Made by a program: the position numbers and the translations under genes. A stretch of 64,000 nt of DNA. Origin: Chrysemys picta bellii. Its lineage: Eukaryota. The stretch is taken from the NCBI RefSeq assembly GCF_011386835.1, contig NC_088800.1:2294001-2358000 (forward strand), given 5' to 3'. The notes beneath the pieces were generated by a model that was not told the origin of the DNA, did not search any database, and saw nothing but the letters and a program-made list of their open reading frames with translations. Below are positions 35,076-46,338 of the stretch, in pieces; position 1 is the stretch's first letter, and each line of letters opens with the position of its first letter.

Positions 35076-35964
35076 TCAGCTTAGTGAAGGTTGGTGGTGT
35101 TAAAATTAGCCATTGCAAGGATATTATGGCTAGGAAATAGTTAAAGGCTTTCCCTTCTAATTAGAGATGAGGCCAAGCTGCCAAGTGCAGGCCAGATCAG
35201 GACTTTCCCAAAGTTCTTGGTCGTCTGGTTCAGTTCCTTATATAAAGGGCAAGCCATGAAGTTCAGGGCCAAGCTTTTCCAAAGGGGAGAAGGGTTTTGG
35301 CTCCAGAGTGCGGGCTGAAATACATCTTTAGTTCCAGCTGGATGAAAGGAGAATGGGAACAGGCTGTGTTAACTGCAGACTCAGTAGATGACCTCTTCCT
35401 CACTCTGTGGAATATAGCAAACTTTTGCGTGGGCCAGAGGGGAGCTATTGGATGGCTGCATGATTACCTGACTCTGGCTGCCTGAAGGCTAGTTCGTGTA
35501 AATTGCTTTTCCTGAGATCTCCATTGAGGAATTTTATAAGTAATGGGAATTTCTGAGCTTCTGGCTTTTCCTGGCTCTGTAGGCGAGACTAGCTGTTGTC
35601 ACCCCAGAGAAAGACAGAAAAGAAATGCTGACGCTGCAGAACATCAGGAAAAACACTGTTATGTGTGAACCTTTAAAGCTGACTTGTCTTAAGACGGTGT
35701 GAGAAGGAAGCAGGAAGGGAATGCAATTAAAGTTTGTATTTTAATAGGCGATGACAGAGAGACAGAGAGTGGGAACAAAAGCCTTCTGGCAGCAGCATGT
35801 TCAATCTAGAAGTCGTTGCTGTGAAGCATTTGAGCTGGTCAATCACAAAATGAGGCCTTTGGTTAAATCTTTGTTGGAGGAGGTAAAATACATTTGTTTT
35901 TAAAATAACTCTCTGGGCCTATGTCATTTCCACTGTTATCATGAACATCTGAATAAAGTGGGTG

Positions 35965-36128
35965 GCTCACACTACTGACTTGGAGACAAAAGTGCCACTG
36001 ACTAACACCATTTCCTGAAGCACCTGGGTTTTCCCTGGAGGTCTCCCAACCAAATACTGTCCATGCCCAATACTGGTTAGCAAATAGAATCTGTTGAGAC
36101 CATAGCCCCTGGTGATATGGCATCAAGC
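35965..36128 (-). mobile_element. 5S rRNA-derived SINE head (AmnSINE1-like)
   Basis: gccatatcacc...gctaaccag...ggcatggacagtatttggttgggagacctccagggaaaacccaggtgct aligns to 5S boxes A/IE/C, then gtggcactttt...gtcagta. Confidence 0.7.
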
Positions 36129-37062
36129 AAAGAGTCAGCATGGTGTCACACTGACTTGCAATGGTATAAGAATTGCTAGCACAGAGAGATGGAAAGTAGT
36201 GGAGATGAAATAAGTACCCAGAACAATCTTCAGTTAGCAAAAACACACTTGAAAAAATGTTATGCATTCCTCCCATGTGAAATGTGGGGCTCTTTCTCTG
36301 CATGACTGAAACGGATTCACTGGTTAATATAAATTCAATCCAAGCTGCCTCACATACCAATCAGCAGGGCCACAGCACTCATGAAAGCTTGTGGGCTTAG
36401 CCTTGTTTTCTTAGCCTAAGTGCTTCCATTATCGCCAAAGCTCTGTTGTTCTTGGAACTTTGGTGCAGCAGAGGGCTTCCTTCCAAGAACCTCCTGATGA
36501 ATAGTGAAACCTCATTGTCAGAAGGTTTTAATTAGGTTACAAATCCCAGGAAGCTTTCCAGAGATTTTCTGGTGTAAGGCATTCTGAATGGATAACATTA
36601 ACAAGGGGAAAACGATACTGACAATATTAGGACAAGAAAACTTTATGATTTCTCTTATTCTTTCTAAAAATGTATTAACACATCTGCTTACTACCCTTTC
36701 CATCAAAGCAGAGAACATGGCCAAAGTACCATAGGTTGCTGCGTACCTAACCACCACTTCTAACCCATCATGGTAGACTGGTAGCTCCAACATGCAGGAA
36801 GAGACACCTAAAGGGAGCATGAGGTGCCATCAAGAGCGTGAAAATACAGTATTAAGAGGTCTTGAACCACTTAGCCAAACTCTATAAGGGACTAGGAGGG
36901 TTCCATAACATGGCAGCAGTATCAGGCACTTCTTATAGTTAATATTTAATTAAATATAAGCTAAATAAATAAAAGCCACTGGCTGGATTGCCAGGGTTAC
37001 GCTGCCTGAGAGTTTGGCCAATTATGCAAAACTTCTTTTGTGCCATGAAGCATAGCATAGAC

Positions 37063-37262
37063 CAGGGGTCGGCAACGTTCGGCATGCGGCTCGCCAGGGT
37101 AAGCCACCGCTTCCCGCCACCCCCATTGGCCCGGGACGGCGAACCGCGGCCAGTGGGGTGTGCGATCGGCCAAACCTGCCGCGTCAGCAGATAAATAAAA
37201 CTGGCCCGGCCCGCCAGGGTGCTTACCCTGGCGAGCCGCGTGCTGAACGTTGCCGACCCCTG
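37063..37262. mobile_element. hAT-Charlie-type MITE, internally deleted
   Basis: TIR CAGGGGTCGGCAACGTT; perfect TSD GCATAGAC (37055-37062 / 37263-37270). Confidence 0.92.
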
Positions 37263-38919
37263 GCATAGACCCTTTGGCCAGCTAGGCTTGGGAATGCATG
37301 ACTTGCTCTACAATTAACTTCTGCAAGGAAAGGCTTGGGTTTGCAAGAGCATGAGGAAGGGTGTCCCAGATTGGGCTGAGATACTTTGCCTACAGGTGTT
37401 TGTTTACAAGTAGAGACAGAAACTAGTATTTATCTCCTGGATGAGGACTGTCAAAAACTGGTGGTGGCATGATGGGAAACATATTCGTTGTAAATAGATG
37501 ATCCCTGACATAACACTCAAATAATACAGGGTCAATAAGAATATGGGGCCTGACGGTCCACTGCTTTGCACCTTCTGCTGCCATGTGCACCTGTACAAAG
37601 TGGGCATGAAACAGTATCCAATCAGAATTCCCCATTTATTTACACCAGGGGTAACTTCAAACACCCCCGCGGCACTGAGTGCATGATCCTGCACCACTGA
37701 CTTCAGCAGGCAGAGGGTCAAGCCCTCACCTTCCACAGGCGTAAATGACAACCCAGGGTTCGAGGAAGCAGAGGATTAGGCCCCAGGATCTCCCGTCTCC
37801 CTCCCACCCCACTTGTGGAAGGGAATGTCATAAGGCTGTGGATGCTGGGGGCTGGGGTTCCATTTGACACATACAGCAAAACTCTGCATCCCAGGGAAAG
37901 GATACAGGCAGGCTTCTCATGCCAGCTGTTGCTGTCATTACCTTTTACCCAGGCAGCCTGCAAAGGACGGGAATGCAAACACAAGGGGAAAGAATTAAGT
38001 AGGGAAATCTGTGGTCTAAGCGTCTATCTGCAAAATTACAAAGCCGAGAACTCCTAGGGAGCCCTTCCTCCCCTTCAGGTATTTGAGACCAACTTGCCTC
38101 GCGCCGAGGGAATCTCTTATTTCCTTTTTTCCTTTGCTTTCCCCCCTTGAATTAACACAGCTCACAAAGCAGATGCAATCTGTCTTTCCATGTATTAAGG
38201 GGCAGTAAAACGGAAGAACGCAGTTAAATCAACACATAAACCCAAATGCCCACGTGGGATTCGCTCTGGCTGTATTTCAAAGAGGCATCATCGTATGCTG
38301 CATTTTGTGTGAACCTCTGGGCAACTGATTGTTCAGATGTGGAACTGCAGTCATTAGAAATGAACAAGCTATGAACCACAAGGGGGTAGAGGCTGGTTCT
38401 ACTGACACGAAAGTCAGTGGCAAAGTGCCCCTTGACTTCAATAGAAGGGTCAGGCTGGGCTCATAGTGCTAAAGAGAACTGTTCTCCGGTAACTCCCATT
38501 CAAAAGCTTCGAGAGGTTTCATCAGCTGGGAGACTTTGTGTTAAACCAACCAGGGCTGGCGTCTGCAGCAGTGAATATGTGCATCTGTACAGCCAGATCC
38601 ATAGCTGAAAATCGGGATCTGAATTGGCTTCTGTGAAATCCACACAGAAATCAATGCTTTTAAATGATTCGATTTCCTTGTTACTTTTCAGACTCTCTCT
38701 TCATATAGATTGAGAGCCCCCCACAACCAGGCTCAGCCAATTAAAATATAAAGCAGCTCTGAAAAAGAATACTTCCAGCAAGGCTTTTACATTGAGTGGG
38801 GTGACCAGTAAAATGGCAGGATTTGTTTGCAGAACAGGACAATTTTCAAATAAGCACCAGACCTTCTGTAACTGCCATTGAGCAGAGATTTATTGGGATT
38901 CAAGTCTTGCTCTTATTCA

Positions 38920-39174
38920 GGCTAGGTCTACACTACCCGCCTGAATCGGCGGGTAGAAATCGATCTCTCGGGGATCGAATTATCGCGTCTCGTCGGGACA
39001 CGACAATCGATCCCCGAATCGACACTCTTACTCCACCAGCGGAGGTGGGAGTAAGCACCGTCGACGGGGAGCCGTGGAGGTCGATTTTGCCGCCGTCCTC
39101 ACAGCGGGGTAAGTCAGCTCCGATACGTCGAATGCGTATCTTAAATCGACCCCCCCCATAATGAAGACCTGCCC
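38920..39174. mobile_element. PIF/Harbinger-type MITE (CpG-rich)
   Basis: GGCTAGGTCTACAC ... gaagacctgccc; 3-bp TSD TCA on both sides; ATCGA-rich interior. Confidence 0.8.
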
Positions 39175-39744
39175 TCAGAGTGTTCCTTGGACGTATTTGT
39201 GAAAAGGCTTCCTGGGGAACTGACAACAGAAGTGAATTCAGGCTGCCCAGTCCAGTCACAGGAGAGCCCAGGATACGTGGGGAACTTGTGGGTTAGAACT
39301 CCTGAGTAACCTACCAGCTGGAGTAAACCTAATACGCATTCTCATCATTTGGGAAAAGAAAAAAAGACTTTCCTTGTCAATGGGGGTGAGGGTGGGGGAG
39401 GAGAGGTGAAGGAGGGGAATGTTAAAGTAAACAGCTCACCATTGGCATAAATAAACTCTGAAATTCATTAACTGCTCCCTCTGCTCCCTGGGTTGTTTGC
39501 TCTAGTCTAAGCAAAGAAAAGAGCCTGTTGAAATTAACATTTGCAATAACCAGGGCAAAGGATACCAACCCCTCCCCCATCCCTGCTGCCCAGCAGACAT
39601 ATTTGTGTAGTGGATTTCTTAAAATGGACACTGACTTTTTAGGAACATGCACAAATAATAATAACCTCTCCTTCCTAGGCTGAGGTCCCCCTAGCTGATC
39701 CCCAGAACTGGGGCTTCATTTTCTGTTACGTGCGGCGATATCAA

Positions 39745-40442
39745 ACACACAAGTACAAAATGGGGAATGATGGTAGGCGAGCCGTACTGCTCACAAGGGT
39801 CTAGGGGAGTTACAGTGGGTCACAAATCGAATATGAGCCAACAATGTGGTGCAGCTGCAAAAAGGGCTAATGTCATTCTGGGGGGTATTAACAGCATTGT
39901 CGTATGTGAGACATGGGAAATAATTGTCTTGGTCTCCTCAACACTGGTGACGCCTCAGCTGGAGTGCTGTGTCCAGTTCCAGGTGCTGCACTTTAAGAAA
40001 GATGTGGATAAACTGGAGAGAATCCAGAAGAGAGCAACAAAAACGATAAAAGGTTTAGAAAAGCTGAGCTGTGAAGAAAGGCTAAAAGGGCTGGGCATGT
40101 TTAAGGAGACTGAGCGGGGACCTGATAACAGTCTTCAAATGTGTTAAGGGCTGTTCTAAAGAGGACGGGGATCAATTGTTCTCCATGGTCACTGAAGGCA
40201 GGACAAGAAGTAATGGGCTTAATCTGCAGTCAGGGAAATTTAGGTCAGAGAGTAGAAAACCCTTTTTAACTCTACGGCTAGATAAGCTCTGGAACAGGGA
40301 GGTTGTGGGGAGGTTTTTAACAAGTTAGACAAACACCTGTCTGGGATGCTCTCAGCAGACTTGGTCCTGCCTCAGAGCGAAGGGATAGACTAGATGGCCT
40401 CACGACGTCCCTTCCACGCCTACGTTTCTATGATTCAATGAT
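39745..40442 (+). mobile_element. CR1 LINE 3' fragment
   Basis: MSQQCGAAAKRANVILG...PQLECCVQFQVLHFKKDVDKLERIQKRAT; tail tttctatgattcaatg. Confidence 0.92.
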
Positions 40443-40743
40443 TTCTGATGTTCTCCCTCCGCCCCCACCTCCCAACTCAAGAGTTGACAAAAGCCAACAA
40501 AAATTCATGACCGTGGTGGAGCGCTGTCCTTAGCTCCTGCCACGGCGAGATTGGCCAATGACTGGGCACGATGTGGGCAAGGGGGAAGCTCAGGCTTCGT
40601 TCTGAATGTCCTGGGGTCTGACTGGTTTGCGTTGGAGTTTGCCACATAAGCCTGTCCCCACAGCCTGTCCCCAGGAGACCACTGCACAGTCACTGTGTAT
40701 GGGCTTCTTTCCCTCAGGGAGCTGTCTCTGGGCAGCATTTTAT

Positions 40744-40846
40744 GGGCCTTCTCCGCTAACACTAGTCTATAACGATCGTAGCTCCATTGAAGTCAAACAG
40801 TGACGCTGGTGTAAAGTGGTGTAAAATGAGAGGAGAAGTCAGCCCC
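40744..40846. mobile_element. Small palindromic MITE
   Basis: gggccttctcc ... ggagaagtcagccc termini with a central ccattgaagtcaa; similar cores recur at about 5775, 29810 and 63910. Confidence 0.45.
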
Positions 40847-41371
40847 TTCTATTTTTAAATCTTAAAGACTCACTCCTGGGCTGGAAGTTAAGTTGGCAGA
40901 GATCCAGCTGGAATGATAATTTTGAGCCTGCGTAATCAGAAACCTCTGACAATTGAGTTAGTTAATGTAAATAGTGACACGGGCCGGCCTTTACTGCAAA
41001 GTAGTGCTGTTTGGAAAGGTATTTAAACATGAGGGAGAGGGGACGGCTGGCTACTCCTAGAAGAGCTCGTGTTTTAAAAGGAAAAATGATCAAAACTTCA
41101 TTAGTGAAGTGAGTCTGGCTACCTGAAGGACACAAACCTACCTGCTAGTTAGTAGGAGGCAGATTCACACTGAGCGGAAGTTTGGGCAGGAGACAGAAAC
41201 TTTGTTCCCCTTGCTAAAAGTAAGTAATTAGATTAATAGATAAAGAGAATGGGCAGAAGTGAAGAGGACCCTCAGCCTGCTGAATTACATAGACAGAACT
41301 CCAATTCCTTCGTGGGGGCGTCCGGTGACCTGCTGAACCACAGGAGCAAAATCTGAATGGATGGCGAATAA

Positions 41372-41560
41372 TAATCTTTTCTATAGTGCTTTGAGATCAC
41401 ACGTTTTAATGCATTTACCCTCACAATAGCCCTGGGAGGGGAGAAGCGCAGTTAGCCCCATTGTGCAGAGAGGGAACTGAGGCACACAGAATCTGAGTGA
41501 CCTGCCTGATATCTCGCAGGAAGTCTGTGGCCGAGGAGGGAAATGAACTGGGATCTCCAA
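41372..41560 (-). mobile_element. MIR-like CORE-SINE
   Basis: cccattgtgcagagagggaactgaggcacacagaatctgagtgacctgcc. Confidence 0.7.
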
Positions 41561-41639
41561 CGTCCAGGACGAGACTTTTTTGGAATCCCCAAATGGAAAT
41601 TTAGGTTCTTAATTCAAGCTGCAGCTGATCCCTGTGTAA

Positions 41640-42195
41640 TGTTACGTTGGAAGGTGCTGATGGCTGCCAGCAAGGGGTCTGGGATCCAAAGCCACCACAG
41701 ACCTCGTTAAAGCCAATGGAGCAGGCACTCTCTTTCAGGCTCAAGGGAAGGACAATCAAGCCCTGTAGTAAAACCAGCTGGGGACTGTGGGGCTAGCACC
41801 TGGTACTAGGCTGCATGGTAGGTCATAGCGAAACCATGTGGGCTGAGGGGTTTCCCTGGGGACAGGCGCCGGGGCTGGGATATTGGTTCCAGGCTGTGTG
41901 TGCTGGAGGCAGAAAGACAGGGGAAGGAGTTGTGAGTGTGACCCAGAGAGGAAGCAGAGGGACAGGGCTTCTTGGGCACAGAGCTTGCTGGCGTGTCAGA
42001 CTTGGGGATTTCTGAGCATGGAAACTGCCTGCTGCTGCTTGTTTCTGCTTTGTTCAGGGAGATGGGAGTTTGGGTACATTTTTGGTGAATAAACAAGATT
42101 GCATCCACAATATATCTGATGCACATCATCGATTTATTATTCTAACGAAAGCAACCCTGCAAGGCCCTGAACTTTGACTTATCTACTCGGGAACA
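41640..42195 (+). mobile_element. Solo LTR (putative)
   Basis: TGTT...AACA ends, AATAAA at 42088, flanks GTAA / ATAA (4-bp TSD with one transition). Confidence 0.55.
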
Positions 42196-43606
42196 ATAAC
42201 TTAAAAGAAGAGTGGGGCAAAATCTTTGTCTCTATTTGCCTTGGAAAGTTTCTTGCTGCTATTACAGAGCTGTGTTCCTGAGAAAGGCCTCTTTATAGCC
42301 TAGAAACATGACTCTTGGGGGCTGGGGGGAACAGAGGGGCTGGATTTTGCCCTGAGTAAGAGATTCTCAGTGTTTGCGGTTCTGCCCTCAATCCCATGAG
42401 CGTCCGGAGCCGAAATTACACCCACCAAGTAGGCTGATTTGCAGAGCCTTTAACACTGCAACCCAAATATTATATTTGTATACATATCCATCAGCTCCCA
42501 CTCTCTGCCATAGTTAGTGCCCTAGTGCAGGCCAGGGGCTGACACTCATGCCAAGACTCTTGGCTACAGGATGGTTGAGGGGCTGGCGAGATGCCACCAG
42601 GTCACAATACTGCATTGTAATGGGATAATGGCTTTGTCATGGCATTGCATTGCAACCCAACCCAACCCTGCTGCTGCATTCAGGAAGGGGCATCGAGGCC
42701 AAGGGGTCTCATGTCAAAGCATCTTGAGGGCTCTGTTAACCCTGTTAAAAATGTTGTGATCTCTTTCCCCTTTCCCCATGAGATAAGAAAAAGGATTCAG
42801 GAAATAGACATTTCTTTTAGTATTCTCTCTCCTGTGGAAATGTTTTGAGGAATGCTGCTCTTTGGATTAGTTTCAGCTGGAAAGAACATGGGCTGGATCC
42901 ACCCACTAATTTGGAAATATGCGTGTCAGATCAAGCGAATCCTTCTGGCTGCTAATTACAGTTGTTCCCAAAGAAACATGCACGATTACTAGTTGCCGTC
43001 AAAGCACCAGTTTGCGCTGAAATTCTGACTGCCCCATGAGAGGAGAGAGCTAGGTATGCTGTGCTCTTCCACAGAGAAATCCCACTGGCAGCTGTGAGCT
43101 CTGATGGGAAAGGGAAGAGCACAAGGGGTTTCCAGAGTCTAAGGTGTGTCTGATGCCAGCACAGTACAACCGAGTTCCCCTAAAGGGATTACAGCGCTTG
43201 AGGTTTGCCTCTGCAGACCGCGAATGCAAGTGCTCCCGTTTCTCAGCTCAAGCAGCAGCGAGATGGTGTGATAACCAGGCCAACGTTTTCCTTGCATGAG
43301 ACTTTTAACAGTCGGTTGCTCTGAGCTCCACCAAATGCACACTTCATTTCGGGAGGGTCTGGCGGTAGGTTTGCCAGGTTCTGTTATGCATAGCTGTAAG
43401 TGTGCTGTCTAATCAGAGCAACTGTTTAAATTGGACTCAGCAAGAAAAATCAAAATTATTCCACTGGCTGCAATTACCATGAATTGAAAATATTTTGATA
43501 GGCTCAGCTGTGCTTTGCTGATTTGAAATCATACTGGGAGAGAAATTACACCCCGTTTGGCATGATAAGACATTTGCTCTGCTTTAAAACTTAATGCTTC
43601 CCTAAT

Positions 43607-43885
43607 CAAGAGGAAGGATGGTCTTATGGATAAGGCCTTGGCAGCTCTGGGTTCAAATCCCAGCTCTGCCACAGAATTCCTGTGTGACCTTGAGCAAGTC
43701 ACTTAATTCTCTATGTATCTGTTCCCCCCCGTAAAAGGAAGATAATTCCTTTGTCCATCGTGTCTATTTAGATTGTAAGCTCTCTGGAGCCGGGACTTAG
43801 GTGTATGTACAGTCCCTAGTCCAATGGGGCCTAGATTTTGGTTGTGGTCTCTAGGCAATATCATAATACTACTAATAATAATCAG
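43607..43885 (+). mobile_element. MIR-like SINE with L2-type tail
   Basis: gggttcaaatcccagctctgcc (box B), gtgaccttgagcaagtcacttaa core, gattgtaagctc tail. Confidence 0.8.
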
Positions 43886-44050
43886 AACTATGTTATCAGC
43901 GAATGCGGACTAAGTGCCCTTCCTAGCGGCCGCTGGCATTTTTCTAAGATTATATTTGTAAAGAGCTTTGCTGCATGTTGATCTGCCCCACACAGATCTT
44001 CGCACTTGTCATGAGTGGCTACATAGCAAAATAAAACATCATCCAAGTAC

Positions 44051-44295
44051 CTGGATCCAGACGGGCTCCCCTGTGGGCCCAGGGGATGTGAGGTTCTCCC
44101 AGTTTCCAGTCCTCTCGTAGGTGAAGGTTGTCCCAGCCACTTTGTAATCTCCGTTCCATTGGATGGTCCACCCGCCATTCAGAAAGTATTTCTCTGGATC
44201 TTCACTCCTCAAGGCCAGGAAATTTCCTGCTTCTGCCACTTCCTCAATTCTAATCTCCCGGGCTCCAGCTGGGATCATCCCAATGTCAACGTAAC
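44051..44295 (-). CDS. ADAMTS7: ADAMTS7 coding exon (spacer)
   Basis: tcccag|GT TAC ... ATC CAG|gtactt; 245 bp; [82 protein letters not shown]. Confidence 0.97.
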
Positions 44296-44569
44296 CTGGG
44301 AATTTCAATGACTGTCAGTCTCAGGCAGTCGAACCCCATGCCAGATAAATCAATCACTTCCAGTCCAATCGCTAGAGCAATGAGAGCCTCCAAGCTGATT
44401 AAACAGAACATTCTGTCTTTTAGCTGCTGATTTCCGCATCAGCGGATACCTGGGGGCTCAGATAAAATAGCTCTTTCTTTCCAGGTTTCAGGGGTAGCCA
44501 TGTTAGTCTGTATCAGCAAAAAAACCGAGGAGTCCTTGTGACACCTTAGAGACTAACAAATTTATTTGG

Positions 44570-44609
44570 GCATAAGCTTTCGTGGGCTAGAGCCCACTTC
44601 ATCAGATGC
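44570..44609 (-). ncRNA. Minimal type I hammerhead ribozyme motif in a Penelope pLTR
   Basis: GCAU-CUGAUGA-A-GUGGGC(UCUA)GCCCAC-GAAA-GC-UU-AUGC: stem I GCAU/AUGC, full core, 6-bp stem II, palindromic AGCU stem III; predicted cut between 44574 and 44573. Confidence 0.75.
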
Positions 44610-44751
44610 ACGGAGTGAAAAATACAGGTGCAGGTATAAAGACATGAAAGGATGGGGGTTGCTTTACCAAGTGTGAGGTCAGTCTAATGAGATAAATCAA
44701 TGAACAGCAGGATACCAAGGGAGGAAAAATAACTTTTGAAGTGGTAAGAGA

Positions 44752-44957
44752 GTGGCTCATTACAGACAGTTGACAAGAAGGTGTGAGTAACAGTAGGGAG
44801 AAATTAGTATTGGGGAAATTAAATTTGGGTTTTGTAATGACCCAACCACTCCCAGTCTTTATTCAGGGTCATTACAAAACCCAAATTTAATTTCCCCCAT
44901 ACTAATTTCTCCCTACAGTTACTCACATCTTCTTGTCAACTGTCTGTAATGGGCCAC
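44752..44957. repeat. 92-bp inverted repeat with a 22-bp spacer
   Basis: Arms 44752-44843 and 44866-44957; 4 mismatches counted by hand. Confidence 0.95.
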
Positions 44958-45524
44958 AAATATCAATCAGAATGAAATGAAGGATATTGATGGAATCCCT
45001 CCCTTCGCTTCCTACGTGTCCTAGCCAAAGCCTTTCAGAGCAATTACACTGGCAATAATTTACCTTCTCTTTATTGCTGATCCTACTTTCCCCTGTGGAA
45101 TTTCCTACCAGTCATGTTACTGAAGAGTTCCTGTTTGCAAACCAGTCCTGCGCCTCCCCCCACACTGCTGATACAGGGAAAATCTGGATCTACAGATTAA
45201 AGGTGTTTGTATTAAGAAAATCATTTAAAACAACAAGTCAGAATCTTTTTTTTCCTCTCTCTTATTCAAATAGGCGAGATCTTTGACCTAACCTCATTCT
45301 GTCCACTTGCTCAGTTTTCAGGGCCATGTTTAGTTACTAAGGGAGCTTAGTTATACTTTACAAAGTTCCAGTCATGTTTCTTTAATTAAAAGAAGTGCTG
45401 TCTCTATCTAGCTATATAAAAACCATCTTGGCATTTTAACATATAAAGCATGGGAACGGAAACAGAGCTTTCCTATTTTAAAAAAAAGTTGTGAGGGAAT
45501 TTCGTGCTCAAAGACATAATGATA

Positions 45525-45700
45525 AATAATAATAACGGTACATTGTACTTTTACAGCACCTTCTGCCAAAGGATCTCAAAGCCCTTTATAAATGGTGATG
45601 AACTACAATCTCCTTGTGAGACTGGAGTTTTCCCTGTTTCACAGACAGGGAAAACTGACGAACAAAGATGCTAAGTGACTCGCTATAGGTAACCATGTTG
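45525..45700 (-). mobile_element. MIR-like CORE-SINE
   Basis: cctgtttcacagacagggaaaactgacgaacaaagatgctaagtgactcgc. Confidence 0.6.
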
Positions 45701-46217
45701 TCCCGAGTCAAGCAGAGTACCTTAAAGGGTACCGCAAGGACCCTGAAAAACCAGGACTATCCACCACACTGACCCATGCACTGTGTCCCCTGAGCAACAT
45801 GGTGATCTGCCGAGTAGAGGCTTATCTATCCCCCAGAAGGTTACTACAAATGCTGCCACCACCGGCATGAACTGGCCAGGAGTACATGCTGCTCGCGCGT
45901 GCATTCCACAGCACATCCCTGCCTGCCAGTCCAGCAGTCTCCGGCCTTAGCTTGTAGGGTTCCTGGAGAAAAGGATCTGTGTGGTGGATTTGTCCCTTCT
46001 ACCTGCAAAACCTCTGAGCACCTTTTATTGGTATATCTTATCAGTATTTGTTTAACCTTTTATGACCCGCTTCCCTTCCTAAATGAGCCCGTCACGGAAC
46101 ACGGCAGGTGCTGTGCATTCTCACCAATTCATGCTGCTCACAAATGTTCCCTGTCAGAACAGGAACCAGCAAAAGTTCAGGGACAGGCTGGCAGACGGTT
46201 GTGACAGACAGCCTTAC

Positions 46218-46338
46218 CCAGCCCCTCGCTCTCCTCGAACATCTTTTTCACAGTCTGGCAGGTGGATCCATCCCCATGGCACACCCCGCACCGATCCTCG
46301 ACAGCGTTGGAGTCAATTTCATAGTCACAGCCCACGTT
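46218..46338 (-). CDS. ADAMTS7: ADAMTS7 coding exon (Cys-rich end/spacer start)
   Basis: tttcag|AAC ... CTG G|gtaagg; 121 bp; [40 protein letters not shown]. Confidence 0.96.

Larger units (their letters stand above)
44482..44957 (-). mobile_element. Penelope-like element 3' end with an inverted terminal duplication (family 1)
   Basis: Turtle-type pLTR end (ctagcccacgaaagcttatgcccaaataaatttgttagtctctaagg); minus NKDWEWLGHY endonuclease C-terminus at 44835-44865; 92-bp inverted repeat. Confidence 0.88.

Noticed and set aside
36000-36128. Possible 5S rRNA gene
   Set aside because: Heavily diverged and continues into SINE body sequence, so it is an AmnSINE1-like head, not an rRNA gene.
36487-36528. 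Plus-strand CUGAUGA...GAAAC...GUC hammerhead-like string
   Set aside because: Stem II has only about 1 bp (AUAGU) and stem I does not pair in register (C opposite A at the first position); such core strings are expected by chance.
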